From NCBI GenBank assembly GCA_001817055.1, contig MHHP01000016.1, positions 1 through 34,483 on the forward strand: a stretch of 34,483 bases of DNA, in the 5' to 3' direction. The translations under genes and the position numbers were made by a program. The notes beneath the pieces were generated by a model. The model was not told the DNA's origin and did not search any database. It worked only from the letters and a program-made list of their open reading frames with translations. Origin of the DNA: Candidatus Andersenbacteria bacterium RIFCSPHIGHO2_02_FULL_45_11. GTDB lineage: Bacteria > Patescibacteriota > Andersenbacteria > UBA10190. Shown in pieces: positions 1-8,786 of this stretch. Positions within the stretch are counted from its first letter, which is position 1. Each line of letters begins with the position of its first letter.

Positions 1-1
1 T

Positions 2-2122
2 CTTCCCTATTCTTTTTGCGATAGCGTTGCAAAAGCAATTCCTCAATTTACAAATTTTGAGCAGGCGTTATCTCAGGCGGGCGAATTAAAAGATCTCTAT
101 ACGTCTGATCCACAGGCAAAGAAACTGATCGACATGGCAAAAAAGCTCGAGGGGGTATGCAGGCACGCAAGTACTCATGCGGCGGCCGTAGTAATTACCG
201 ATAAGCCGCTCACCGACTATGTTCCCCTGCAGCTCTCGAGCAATTCTGATGGTGATAAAGACACGGTAACGCAATATGCCATGTCCGCAGTAGAATCGTT
301 GGGGCTGCTCAAGATGGACTTCTTGGGCTTAAAAAACTTAACCATTTTACAAAAAGCACTTTCGATTATTGAAAAGCGGCACAATACAAAGATCGACTTG
401 GAGCAACTGCCTACCGATGATGCAAAAACATATGCACTCCTGCAAGAAGGTAAAACGGTTGGGGTGTTTCAGCTGGAATCATCCGGCATGCGCAGGTATT
501 TAAAAGAACTCAAACCCACAGAATTTGAAGATATTATTTCCATGGTAGCTCTGTACCGCCCAGGGCCAATGGATTCTATCCCCGACTTTATTGCAGCAAA
601 ACACGGCAAAAAAAAGATAACGTATATTCACGAAACATTGCGCCCTATTCTGGAGAAAACGTATGGCGTTATCGTAACCCAAGACCAGGTACTACAAATT
701 GCCCGGGAATTCTCCGGGTTCTCGTACGCAGAAGCAGACATCTTACGTAAAGCTGTAGGGAAAAAGAATAAAGAACTGCTAGATGAGCAGCGCCAAAAAT
801 TTATGGCAGGCGCAATCGCAACAAATAAAGTGGATGCAAAAACAGCTGAACGTGTGTGGGACTTTATCGAACCATTCGCACGATATGGGTTCAATCGTGC
901 CCATGCGGCATGCTACGCCATGATCGCCTATCACACCGCTTACCTAAAGGCGAATTATCTTCCGGAGTTTATGGCGGCGCTGCTCACCAGCGACGAAGGC
1001 AATACCGACCGGCAAGCAATTGAAGTGGCCGATGCCATGGCACTTAATATTTCTGTGTTACCGCCAGATATTAATGAAAGCGAAAAAGATTTTACGGTGG
1101 TGCGTGCAGAAGATGGCTCTGCCGGTATTCGCTTTGGATTATCTGCAATTAAAAACGTTGGCGATGGCGTAATTGAAGCGCTTGTTGCAGAACGTACTTC
1201 CAAAGGACAATTTGCCGATTTGCTCGACTTGTTCCGACGGGTTAATTCTAAAGACTTTAATCGTAAATCAGTGGAAAGCCTGGCGCGTGCGGGGGCTATG
1301 GACCGCGTAAGTGAACGTAATCACGTACTCACAAACACAGACGCTTTGCTTGAATTTAACAGGGCCATTCATAAGAAAATAGATGCGGGCCAAAAAGGCC
1401 TATTTGGAGGCGCATCCGCACCCGCACTTGCAGAGCCTCGCATCAATCTTGATCCCTGCCCCCCGGCAACTCGAGAAGAACGCCTTGCTTGGGAAAAAGA
1501 ATTGCTAGGTTTATATGTATCAGAGCATCCACTCCAAGACGTTCGAGATATTATCGGTCAAGTTGCAACGCCTATTGCCCAAGTCATGGGCGGGCGCGAT
1601 CAAGCCAAGGTCCGGATTGCGGGGGTTATTGCGCGCGCAAAAAAGATTATCACCAAGAAGGGTCAACCCATGATGTTTGTGCTCGTAGAAGACTTAACCC
1701 ATGCAATGGAAGTGTTGGTGTTCCCTAAATTACTAGAAGAAACTCCTGATATGTGGAATGATGGCGCGCGTATCATTGTTGATGGCACGCTTTCAGATAA
1801 AGACGGAGAAACAAAAGTGCTTGCAAACACCGTAAAGCCATTAACCAAAGATTCCCCCAAAATGGCAAACCGAGCCCAAAACGCAGAGCCTGCTCGCATT
1901 ACGATCATTATTCCCCCTACGCTCAATCGCGAAGGATTAGAACAGTTACGCTCCATGCTAGCATCGCAGCATAGCGATGAAGGTCTACCCGTAACACTTT
2001 CCATTCCACGCGGAGGGCAAACAACTACTATAGGGACACCGTATAGGCTCCAAAAAGGAGAGGTTGCTCTTGCGCCTATTTCAAAGATTGTCGGAAGTAT
2101 GGCAATCAGGTATCAATCATAG
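2..2122 (+). CDS. dnaE: DNA polymerase III alpha subunit, C-terminal ~700 codons (5' end outside window)
   Basis: The frame is open from nt 2 (LPYSFCDSVAKAIP... precedes the Met at 134), so the listed start at 134 is a window-edge artefact. PolIII-alpha motifs: GLLKMDFLGLKNLT, GVFQLESSGMRRYL, ALYRPGPMD, YGFNRAHAACYAMIAY. An OB-fold-like KGQPMMFVLVEDLT follows. Confidence 0.93.
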   Translation, partial: LPYSFCDSVAKAIPQFTNFEQALSQAGELKDLYTSDPQAKKLIDMAKKLEGVCRHASTHAAAVVITDKPLTDYVPLQLSSNSDGDKDTVTQYAMSAVESLGLLKMDFLGLKNLTILQKALSIIEKRHNTKIDLEQLPTDDAKTYALLQEGKTVGVFQLESSGMRRYLKELKPTEFEDIISMVALYRPGPMDSIPDFIAAKHGKKKITYIHETLRPILEKTYGVIVTQDQVLQIAREFSGFSYAEADILRKAVGKKNKELLDEQRQKFMAGAIATNKVDAKTAERVWDFIEPFARYGFNRAHAACYAMIAYHTAYLKANYLPEFMAALLTSDEGNTDRQAIEVADAMALNISVLPPDINESEKDFTVVRAEDGSAGIRFGLSAIKNVGDGVIEALVAERTSKGQFADLLDLFRRVNSKDFNRKSVESLARAGAMDRVSERNHVLTNTDALLEFNRAIHKKIDAGQKGLFGGASAPALAEPRINLDPCPPATREERLAWEKELLGLYVSEHPLQDVRDIIGQVATPIAQVMGGRDQAKVRIAGVIARAKKIITKKGQPMMFVLVEDLTHAMEVLVFPKLLEETPDMWNDGARIIVDGTLSDKDGETKVLANTVKPLTKDSPKMANRAQNAEPARITIIIPPTLNREGLEQLRSMLASQHSDEGLPVTLSIPRGGQTTTIGTPYRLQKGEVALAPISKIVGSMAIRYQS

Positions 2123-2124
2123 GT

Positions 2125-3267
2125 ATGGCATCTGTTCGCATCGGCTTATCTTCAGGCAGCATTGTACTCGCGGTATTTCTTCTTATTGCAGGTGCGGGGC
2201 TTATGGCAGCTGTTACCATTCTTCCCAAGGCTACCATTACTGTTCACCCCAAAGTTGTACCCCGCCAACTTTCAAAAGAAATTCTTTTATCTGCAAAAGC
2301 ATCTTCTCCTGATTATGTACGCTTTACCCTGCCCGCTAGTATCGTAGAAAAAGAAATCAATGTGCAAAAAACAGTAACCCAAGATAATTCGAATATCACC
2401 CCAGATTTTGCAACAGGCACGGTGAAGCTCACAAACAATCAAGATGAAGAGCAGCGCTTATTGCCCAAGACGCATCTTCGGCACGAAGCATCGGGAATAT
2501 TTTTCTTAACCAATGAGCGCGTGGTTATCCCACCTAAGGGCAATGTGAGCGTTGGCGTTACTGCAAAAGAAAAAGGTGCTGCGGGCGATGTTACCCCAGG
2601 CAAATTTGTCGTTGATAAGCTACCGGGGAATTTACAAAAACTGGTATTTGGGGAAAGTGCGAGTGCATTTTTAGGAGGCCAATCCGTGGCAACTGCACTT
2701 ACACAAGAAGCAATCGATGCAGCGCAAAAGGAAGTTCTCGAAGGGGCAAAAAATCAGGCTGCCGAGGAGCTTACGGTGGAAGCAAAAGGCAAGCAAATTC
2801 GGCCAGACCTTACTACTATTGAAGTTATCTCCCAACGCACGTCTGCACAGCCTGGCAGCCATGCAGTGTCGTTTACAGTGGAGGCGACTGCAAAGGCACG
2901 CGGATTTCTGGTTGAAACTCACGACATTGTAAGCCTTATGACGTTGGGCCTTCGAGCATCCGCTGAGTCTGATGAGGAGTTTCTTGCGTACGATACGCAG
3001 TCGTTCCAGCTCGCAATCACGCGTACCGATTGGAAAGCAGGCACTGCACGCCTTACTGCACAACTTACAGGAACATATGCGAAGAAAATAAGTCCGCAAG
3101 ATTTGGGGCGAGAAAATCTTGCCGGGCTTTCAAAAGAAGAAGTGATAGACCGGTTCAAAAACTCCTCCGCCATTGATCATGTAGACGTAACACTATCCCC
3201 GTTCTGGGTCCGCAGCGTGCCATCAAAAGAAACTCAAATCCGCGTTGAAGTCGCAAAGACAAAATAA
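2125..3267 (+). CDS. hypothetical protein with a single N-terminal membrane anchor
   Basis: ATG lies 2 nt after the dnaE stop. N-terminal hydrophobic helix IVLAVFLLIAGAGLMAAVTIL, then ~340 aa of soluble sequence. No family recognised. Confidence 0.7.
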   Translation: MASVRIGLSSGSIVLAVFLLIAGAGLMAAVTILPKATITVHPKVVPRQLSKEILLSAKASSPDYVRFTLPASIVEKEINVQKTVTQDNSNITPDFATGTVKLTNNQDEEQRLLPKTHLRHEASGIFFLTNERVVIPPKGNVSVGVTAKEKGAAGDVTPGKFVVDKLPGNLQKLVFGESASAFLGGQSVATALTQEAIDAAQKEVLEGAKNQAAEELTVEAKGKQIRPDLTTIEVISQRTSAQPGSHAVSFTVEATAKARGFLVETHDIVSLMTLGLRASAESDEEFLAYDTQSFQLAITRTDWKAGTARLTAQLTGTYAKKISPQDLGRENLAGLSKEEVIDRFKNSSAIDHVDVTLSPFWVRSVPSKETQIRVEVAKTK

Positions 3268-3269
3268 AA

Positions 3270-3296
3270 CGTCTTGCTGCAAGGCGCAGCAAGACG
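3270..3296. terminator. perfect 11-bp-stem hairpin between convergent genes
   Basis: CGTCTTGCTGC-aaggc-GCAGCAAGACG. On the minus strand it is followed by TTTTATTTT (3261-3269), giving an intrinsic terminator for the 3307-3744 gene. It also begins 3 nt after the + strand stop. Confidence 0.6.
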
Positions 3297-3306
3297 ATGA
3301 AGGTGG

Positions 3307-3744
3307 CTATTTTTGCACCAGCACAAAATATGCATTTTCCAGAAACTCAGTCTCAAAGGGTTCTAGTCTCAAATCAGTACCCTGCGCTTCTCGAGAAAGA
3401 CACGGTATTTTCCATCGCCCTGGGCCAGATGGCACACAAGAACCCAAGGCATACACTGGAAAAAACGCGTTCTGATATTCGGCGGACTGCGCCACTATGA
3501 GGAGGTCGTCCAATAGGCCAATTTCAAGACCATGCTCGCCGGCATACCTCTCAACAACTTTACTAAGCACCTTTTTACCGAAACATGCCAATTGTACTTT
3601 CCGAAATCCGGGAGCAGCCGTAAGCGGTATCTCCCCTTGTATAATCCGACTATCAACGGTAGAAAGCTGGCAGCCAGCAAGTCGGTCACCCAAAGTCACT
3701 TCCGGGCCCGGCATCACGTAGGCTAATCGTTTGATCTTTACCAT
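3307..3744 (-). CDS. hypothetical protein (145 aa)
   Basis: Longest ORF in the region. Strong RBS AAGGGGGA (3748-3755, minus strand) a few nt upstream of the ATG. The hairpin terminator is immediately downstream. No family recognised. Confidence 0.65.
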   Translation of the reverse strand: MVKIKRLAYVMPGPEVTLGDRLAGCQLSTVDSRIIQGEIPLTAAPGFRKVQLACFGKKVLSKVVERYAGEHGLEIGLLDDLLIVAQSAEYQNAFFPVYALGSCVPSGPGRWKIPCLSREAQGTDLRLEPFETEFLENAYFVLVQK

Positions 3745-3784
3745 GATTCCCCCTTAAAAGAGCAGTTCGGCGTTTCTTGCCTTG

Positions 3785-3793
3785 TGATATACT
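3785..3793 (+). promoter_or_regulatory. extended -10 promoter candidate for thrS
   Basis: TGaTATACT lies 22 nt upstream of the thrS ATG, with an AAGAG-like RBS in between. No convincing -35. Confidence 0.35.
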
Positions 3794-3815
3794 AGCATGA
3801 TACAAAAAAAGAGCT

Positions 3816-5036
3816 ATGGACAATGAAACCACTACACAACCAGATCATCGGAAACTCGGCCAAGAGCTGGATTTATTTACGTTTTCTGAGCACGTAGGCT
3901 CCGGCCTTCCGCTCTTTACCCCAAAAGGTACTGTTATTCGTAAACAGCTGGAAAACTTTCTTCTTTCTATCCTAGAGCCGCTCGGGTACGAACAAGTATG
4001 GATTCCGCATATCACCAAGCCGGAACTATATAAAACAAGCGGACATTGGGATAAGTTCAAAGATGACCTCTTTCACGTAAAAGGGCACAAAAATGACGAC
4101 TTTGTTATCAAGCCGATGAACTGCCCGCATCACACGCAGATTTATGCAAGCCGGTTGCGCAGCTACCGTGATTTGCCACTTCGCTTTGCAGAAATAACAA
4201 CCGTGTATCGCGATGAACAAGCTGGAGAATTACTAGGCCTTAATCGTGTGCGGTCTATCACCCAAGACGACGCACACATTTTCTGTAGGCCCGATCAGAT
4301 TCAAGAAGAGATTGCTCGCGTACTGAAAAGCATTACACAGTTTTATGGAGCATTTGATTTTGAACTTTCCGCCCGCCTTTCACTGCGAGACCCTAAGCAT
4401 CCTGAAAAGTATTTAGGCTCAGACGAGATCTGGAATAATGCGGAGAGAATTTTGGAAGAAGCCCTTCTCGCAAATAATTTCCCTACTCCAGAAAAAGCAG
4501 AAGGCGAAGCTGCATTCTATGGGCCAAAGATAGACTTTACTGCGAAGGATTCTCTCGGGCGCACGTGGCAGCTCGCAACCGCGCAGCTAGACTTTAATAT
4601 GCCAGAGCGTTTTGAGCTTGAGTACACCGCAGAAGACGGCAGCAAGCAGCGCCCCGTTATGATTCACCGCGCTATTCTCGGCTCTTTTGAGCGCTTTATT
4701 GCCGTATTGCTTGAGCATTACAACGGCAATTTACCCCTATGGCTCTCCCCCGTTCAAGTTGCCATACTTCCTATTTCAGAAGATCAGCACGACTATGCAC
4801 AAACAATTGCACAGCAACTCAAAGAACAAAAGATTCGCGTAACCATCGATGATCGATCAGAGCGCATCGGCAAAAAGATTCACGATGGATCTTCTCAAAA
4901 AGTTCCTGTGCTTATTATTATCGGCAAAAACGAAATGGCAGACGGCACCGTTACACTGCGCTCCAGCCTATTCGAAGAAAAACCAATCGCACTCGCAGAA
5001 GCAGTAGCAGCAATCACCGCAAAATCCAAACCGTAA
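3816..5036 (+). CDS. thrS: threonyl-tRNA synthetase, catalytic plus anticodon-binding domains only (406 aa)
   Basis: DHRKLGQELDLF start of the class II core, KPMNCPHH zinc site, and motif 2 region RFAEITTVYRDEQAGELLGLNRVRSITQDDAHIFC. C-terminal anticodon-binding domain (VQVAILPISE...VPVLIIIGKNE). Confidence 0.93.
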   Translation: MDNETTTQPDHRKLGQELDLFTFSEHVGSGLPLFTPKGTVIRKQLENFLLSILEPLGYEQVWIPHITKPELYKTSGHWDKFKDDLFHVKGHKNDDFVIKPMNCPHHTQIYASRLRSYRDLPLRFAEITTVYRDEQAGELLGLNRVRSITQDDAHIFCRPDQIQEEIARVLKSITQFYGAFDFELSARLSLRDPKHPEKYLGSDEIWNNAERILEEALLANNFPTPEKAEGEAAFYGPKIDFTAKDSLGRTWQLATAQLDFNMPERFELEYTAEDGSKQRPVMIHRAILGSFERFIAVLLEHYNGNLPLWLSPVQVAILPISEDQHDYAQTIAQQLKEQKIRVTIDDRSERIGKKIHDGSSQKVPVLIIIGKNEMADGTVTLRSSLFEEKPIALAEAVAAITAKSKP

Positions 5037-5042
5037 ACCATT

Positions 5043-5077
5043 TGTCATTACCCGGCTTGACCGGGTAATCCACGTCG
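5043..5077. repeat. REP-like 35-bp element, copy 1 (identical to 13472-13506)
   Basis: TGTCATTACCCGGCTTGACCGGGTAATCCACGTCG. Contains a 9-bp stem hairpin ATTACCCGG-cttga-CCGGGTAAT. Lies between the convergent thrS and Zn-ribbon genes. Confidence 0.85.
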
Positions 5078-5093
5078 CTACCTTGTCCGCAAT

Positions 5094-5279
5094 CTATTTT
5101 CTTCCGTACCTTTTTTCTACTTCTCCCTCAGCAAGCTCTTTACCAGACCATCTTCCGAAACGCGCCTTGCACGTATTACACACAATTTCACTCACGCCAT
5201 CGTAGTGCTCAGGTTCGCCATATGCATATTCCACCATTATAGTATCTTGGCTGCCACATTTTTTGCATGATGTTTCCAT
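5094..5279 (-). CDS. small zinc-ribbon protein (61 aa)
   Basis: Two CxxC pairs (CKKC ... CNTC). Starts 10 nt downstream of the Fic stop on the same strand. Confidence 0.55.
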   Translation of the reverse strand: METSCKKCGSQDTIMVEYAYGEPEHYDGVSEIVCNTCKARFGRWSGKELAEGEVEKRYGRK

Positions 5280-5288
5280 ATGCTTTGA

Positions 5289-6380
5289 TTAGTAACTTAA
5301 AAGATCTAATAGCTTTTCGTTGTAATATATATTCTCCAGCTTGTACTTGAACTTACCGACCAAGCCAAGAGATTCTAACTCTGTAAAGTACTTGGATGCA
5401 GTATTACGATGCACCCCCAAATATTCCGAAAGCTTTTTCTGAGTATAGAATGGATTTGAGAAAAGATAATCAAGCATTTGCGGCGTCATTATATTTGAGC
5501 TCTTCGTGTTCTGAATTTCCTTATATTCTTCCATGAGTTTTTTTATTTGAAGAATTTTCAACCTTGTCTCTGTTGCCTGCGCCTCAATCCCCTTCAATAT
5601 ATAGCTGACCCATTCTTTCCAATGATTGTTTTGTGTAACATCTAGTAAAAGCCTATAGTATTCGTCTCTATTTTCTAGAATATATTTACTCAGGAAGAGT
5701 ATTGGTAAATCAAGCCGGCCAACCATTACAAGATAGAGCACCATTAAAATTCTGCCTGTCCTTCCATTGCCATCAAGAAATGGATGCACGGCTTCAAACT
5801 GATAATGCATAATTGCCATTCGAATTAATGGATCAAGATCGTCAAAGCCCGTTTTGTTATTGAAATAATCTTCGAGATTTTTCAGCTTACTAAGAATGAG
5901 CTCTCGACCCTCGGGCGGCGTGTAGATAGCTTCATTCGTTTTACTGCTTCTTATAGCAACGCCAGGTATTGCGCGAATACCTTGTTTACTTGGTTCTAAG
6001 ATAGCTTGAATATCTATAAAGCTATTAGAATTTAAAAACTCCTGCTTCCCCAATAAATGAAACCCGTGCATGAGCGCGTCCCTATATTTAAGTATTTCCT
6101 TGTCAGCCCCTGCGAGTTCAGATTTTTCATACACAACATCGGCACGCAGTGCTTCAGCAACGGTAGTATTAATATTTTCAATCCCACTGCTTGCCACAGC
6201 CTCGCGAATAGATAAGGGCGAAACCAGAATAAGGCGGTTTGGCAAAATATGGGCAGCTCCCTTTAGTTCAAATAATGAGTTATTCGCCTTATTAACTAGC
6301 TTCAATAGCTCTACATCATCAAAATCTGCCAGAGGTGGCAAGTCTGGTAAATCATTGTACGGTTTCTTTGAGTCGAGCAT
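5289..6380 (-). CDS. Fic family protein (AMPylase-type) with N-terminal inhibitory motif and C-terminal wHTH
   Basis: Fic motif HPFLDGNGRTGR. N-terminal S-x-x-x-E-N inhibitory helix motif (SSGIEN). C-terminal HTH-like LSEYLGVHRNTASKYFTELESLGLV. Confidence 0.9.
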   Translation of the reverse strand: MLDSKKPYNDLPDLPPLADFDDVELLKLVNKANNSLFELKGAAHILPNRLILVSPLSIREAVASSGIENINTTVAEALRADVVYEKSELAGADKEILKYRDALMHGFHLLGKQEFLNSNSFIDIQAILEPSKQGIRAIPGVAIRSSKTNEAIYTPPEGRELILSKLKNLEDYFNNKTGFDDLDPLIRMAIMHYQFEAVHPFLDGNGRTGRILMVLYLVMVGRLDLPILFLSKYILENRDEYYRLLLDVTQNNHWKEWVSYILKGIEAQATETRLKILQIKKLMEEYKEIQNTKSSNIMTPQMLDYLFSNPFYTQKKLSEYLGVHRNTASKYFTELESLGLVGKFKYKLENIYYNEKLLDLLSY

Positions 6381-6403
6381 CGGTATATTTCTTTAGTATA
6401 TCT

Positions 6404-6463
6404 ATGCACAAATTTTATCATATTTTGTGCATAAAAGCCATCCCTTGCACAACGCTTGTGCAA
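6404..6463. promoter_or_regulatory. two operator-like palindromes sharing a TGCACAA half-site upstream of the Fic gene
   Basis: ATGCACAAA-N11-TTTGTGCAT (6404-6432) and TTGCACAA-cgc-TTGTGCAA (6445-6463). A TATACT -10-like hexamer on the minus strand lies between them and the Fic ATG. Confidence 0.4.
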
Positions 6464-6571
6464 ACTCAATCTTATATCTCTAAACAAAGGCCTTTTTATA
6501 AATGCTCTTTTAAGTTTCTCGGGCCAAACTCATCGCATTTTAGCGGAATACTCCGAAGACTACAACGATAA

Positions 6572-8218
6572 CTACCCAAACGTAAACGCGTAGAAGCGGA
6601 CACCGGGTTGTTTCGGTTTAAGTTCCAATAGGTACTCTCCGGCCTGGGCATCTTCTACTAGCGTATATAACGTGCTCTGTTTGATGGTAATGGTTCGCAG
6701 TAATTTACCGTCTTGCAGCACGTCTACCAGCGTATCAGTATCCGCTTCGGCAACTATGTATACATTCTTTGCGTTGTACCTATACAACACACTCGCATCG
6801 CGTACCGCCTGCGCGTATTCCTCGGATATATTCCAATCGCCAATAAGATACAGTTGATTTGGAATTATAAACGATGGCCGTACGCTATTCGCACGCACCT
6901 TGTTTCGCAATGCACCAAAATACGTTTCGGGGCTACGCGCAAAATTTTGAGGCGACGCAATGCGCTCCGCGGCAAGGTCAGAGCCTAGCGCGCTAGTAGC
7001 CTCACCCATCACCGTTGCCCGTTCATCTAAAAGCTCACGTATTTTCATCTCCGTTTCCTCATAATTGCCTTCGCCGGCATGGTCGTACACAATATTGCCG
7101 CGAATATCTATTAAGTATTTCCGTGGCCAATAATTGTTGTCGTACGCCTTCCATGTACCATAGTCGTTATCAAGAACAACCGGGTACGTAATCCCGAACT
7201 TCTGCATGGCAGCGCGTACGTTATCAATATTCTTTTCGAACGCAAACTCGGGCGTATGAATGCCGACAATCTCCAGCCCCTGGCCTTTATACTTCTCATA
7301 CCACGCCGTCATGTATGGGAACGTACGCTGGCAGTTGATGCAACTGTACGTCATAAAATCAACAAGAATAACCTTCTTGCCGATAAGCTCTTTCATCGTA
7401 ATACTATTAGTATTCACAAAGCCTGCGGGTTCTGTAATTTCAATATAATTTTGAGAAGCGGGCATCTGCGATTTGGCAGACGGCTTCGGCTCTTCTTGTA
7501 CTTTTTTAAGGAGTAGGTGTTCAATCTTTGTGATATCAAAATATCCGCTATCTAAAATCCTTGTTTCCAATTTCTTTTCATAGCCTGTTGCAATCATGAG
7601 GCCGAGAATTACGAAGAGTACGCCAATACCTTTTTTAAAGTATCCTGAAGAGTCTGCAACTACAGACAACTTGCCCGCAAGCCTTTGGCCAAATAAAGCA
7701 ATCAAAAGCAACGCTGCAGATAAGCCGGCAGTGTAGGTAAATAAATACACCGAGCCTTCTACAAAGCTCACAGGTAACACGGTAGCCAATATTACAAAGT
7801 ATGTTGGCGAGCAGGTAGAGAATACTGGGCCCAGCGCTGCGCCAATAAGCACGTCTCCTATAAAACTTTTCTTTTGATACCCTTCTCCTACTAGCTTATT
7901 AGATCCGGTTGCCAATGTTGCCACGCCTGGAATTTTTTCCCATATACTTGGGACGATGAGCGTGACTCCGAAAAAAACTAAAATCCCGCCAGACAAATAC
8001 GTCCATACATACGGTGGGACCATAATAAAAGTCGTAGACGCTTTCAGTAGATACGTAAATAGAATAATAGAAACAGCAAGCGACCCTACTACAACGTAGG
8101 GCGTTTTTTTACTTCTTCCAGATACGGTTGAACCTATAACAACGGGTAGCAACGGTAAAATACACGGAGCAAGTACAGTAAGTACACCCGCTACCAACGA
8201 AACTATAAGTAATGTCAT
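6572..8218 (-). CDS. DipZ-like fusion: CcdA/DsbD-type thiol-disulfide transporter, thioredoxin-like domain and C-terminal beta domain
   Basis: N-terminal polytopic region with LAPCILP and STCSPT cysteine motifs. TlpA/ResA-like domain with CxxC (YSCINCQRTFPY). ~150-aa C-terminal domain. The ATG overlaps the upstream thioredoxin stop (ATGA at 8215-8218). Confidence 0.85.
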   Translation of the reverse strand: MTLLIVSLVAGVLTVLAPCILPLLPVVIGSTVSGRSKKTPYVVVGSLAVSIILFTYLLKASTTFIMVPPYVWTYLSGGILVFFGVTLIVPSIWEKIPGVATLATGSNKLVGEGYQKKSFIGDVLIGAALGPVFSTCSPTYFVILATVLPVSFVEGSVYLFTYTAGLSAALLLIALFGQRLAGKLSVVADSSGYFKKGIGVLFVILGLMIATGYEKKLETRILDSGYFDITKIEHLLLKKVQEEPKPSAKSQMPASQNYIEITEPAGFVNTNSITMKELIGKKVILVDFMTYSCINCQRTFPYMTAWYEKYKGQGLEIVGIHTPEFAFEKNIDNVRAAMQKFGITYPVVLDNDYGTWKAYDNNYWPRKYLIDIRGNIVYDHAGEGNYEETEMKIRELLDERATVMGEATSALGSDLAAERIASPQNFARSPETYFGALRNKVRANSVRPSFIIPNQLYLIGDWNISEEYAQAVRDASVLYRYNAKNVYIVAEADTDTLVDVLQDGKLLRTITIKQSTLYTLVEDAQAGEYLLELKPKQPGVRFYAFTFG

Positions 8219-8778
8219 TTAGACTGTATCTGGCCCAGCAAGTCGACAAGTGTCGGTGATCCACTCCACTTTTTAATCATATTTCCCTGTGCATCTACCT
8301 GCACCAGCGTATGCTGATATGTTACCCCGTATTTTTGCTTCAACTCTGTCGAGGTGTCGTAATCTACATCTAAAATAGTTACACCGCCAGGAATCGTATT
8401 CAGATTTGCTGTAATATCCGCATCCAGAGCCTTGCATGTTGGGCACCATGGCGCTCGGAAAAATAACACCACACTCCCCTCATCAGCCAATGAGAGCTTA
8501 GTAGAATCATATGGTATATATGGCCCAGATTGCACAGCAACCGTTACGGTGCCATCGCCCATAGCTTCGGGACTTGGAGAATTAACAACCATCTCCTCGA
8601 TATCTTCCGCGCCCTGTATTGGCATTTGTGACGATACCCCCTCTTCTTGTTGCATCACCCCCTGAGTGCCTCTTGTATAATCGTCAGATTGTTCAGATTT
8701 CTTCATTTTTACCGCATACACTCCGCCTGCGATAATAATGACACCTAGTATAGCTAGACTAATTTTAAATGTATTCAT
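8215..8778 (-). CDS. membrane-anchored thioredoxin-like protein
   Basis: WCPTC active site. N-terminal anchor ISLAILGVIIIAGGVYAV. Start reassigned to the ATG at 8778, which is preceded by GAGGAG and lies 8 nt after the upstream stop. The longer ORF to 8856 would overlap the giant gene. Confidence 0.85.
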   Translation of the reverse strand: MNTFKISLAILGVIIIAGGVYAVKMKKSEQSDDYTRGTQGVMQQEEGVSSQMPIQGAEDIEEMVVNSPSPEAMGDGTVTVAVQSGPYIPYDSTKLSLADEGSVVLFFRAPWCPTCKALDADITANLNTIPGGVTILDVDYDTSTELKQKYGVTYQHTLVQVDAQGNMIKKWSGSPTLVDLLGQIQSK

Positions 8779-8786
8779 ACTCCTCA

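Noticed and set aside
134-136. Met at 134 as the dnaE start
   Set aside because: The frame is open back to nt 2 and continues the PolIII-alpha sequence, so the gene simply runs off the window.
3745-3815. T-box or other leader riboswitch upstream of thrS
   Set aside because: Only 71 nt separate thrS from the divergent gene. That is too short for a T-box, and no specifier or antiterminator structure is visible.
6335-6571. 78-aa plus-strand ORF in the Fic upstream region
   Set aside because: It spans the palindromic promoter/operator region and has no RBS. Its sequence is better explained as regulatory DNA.
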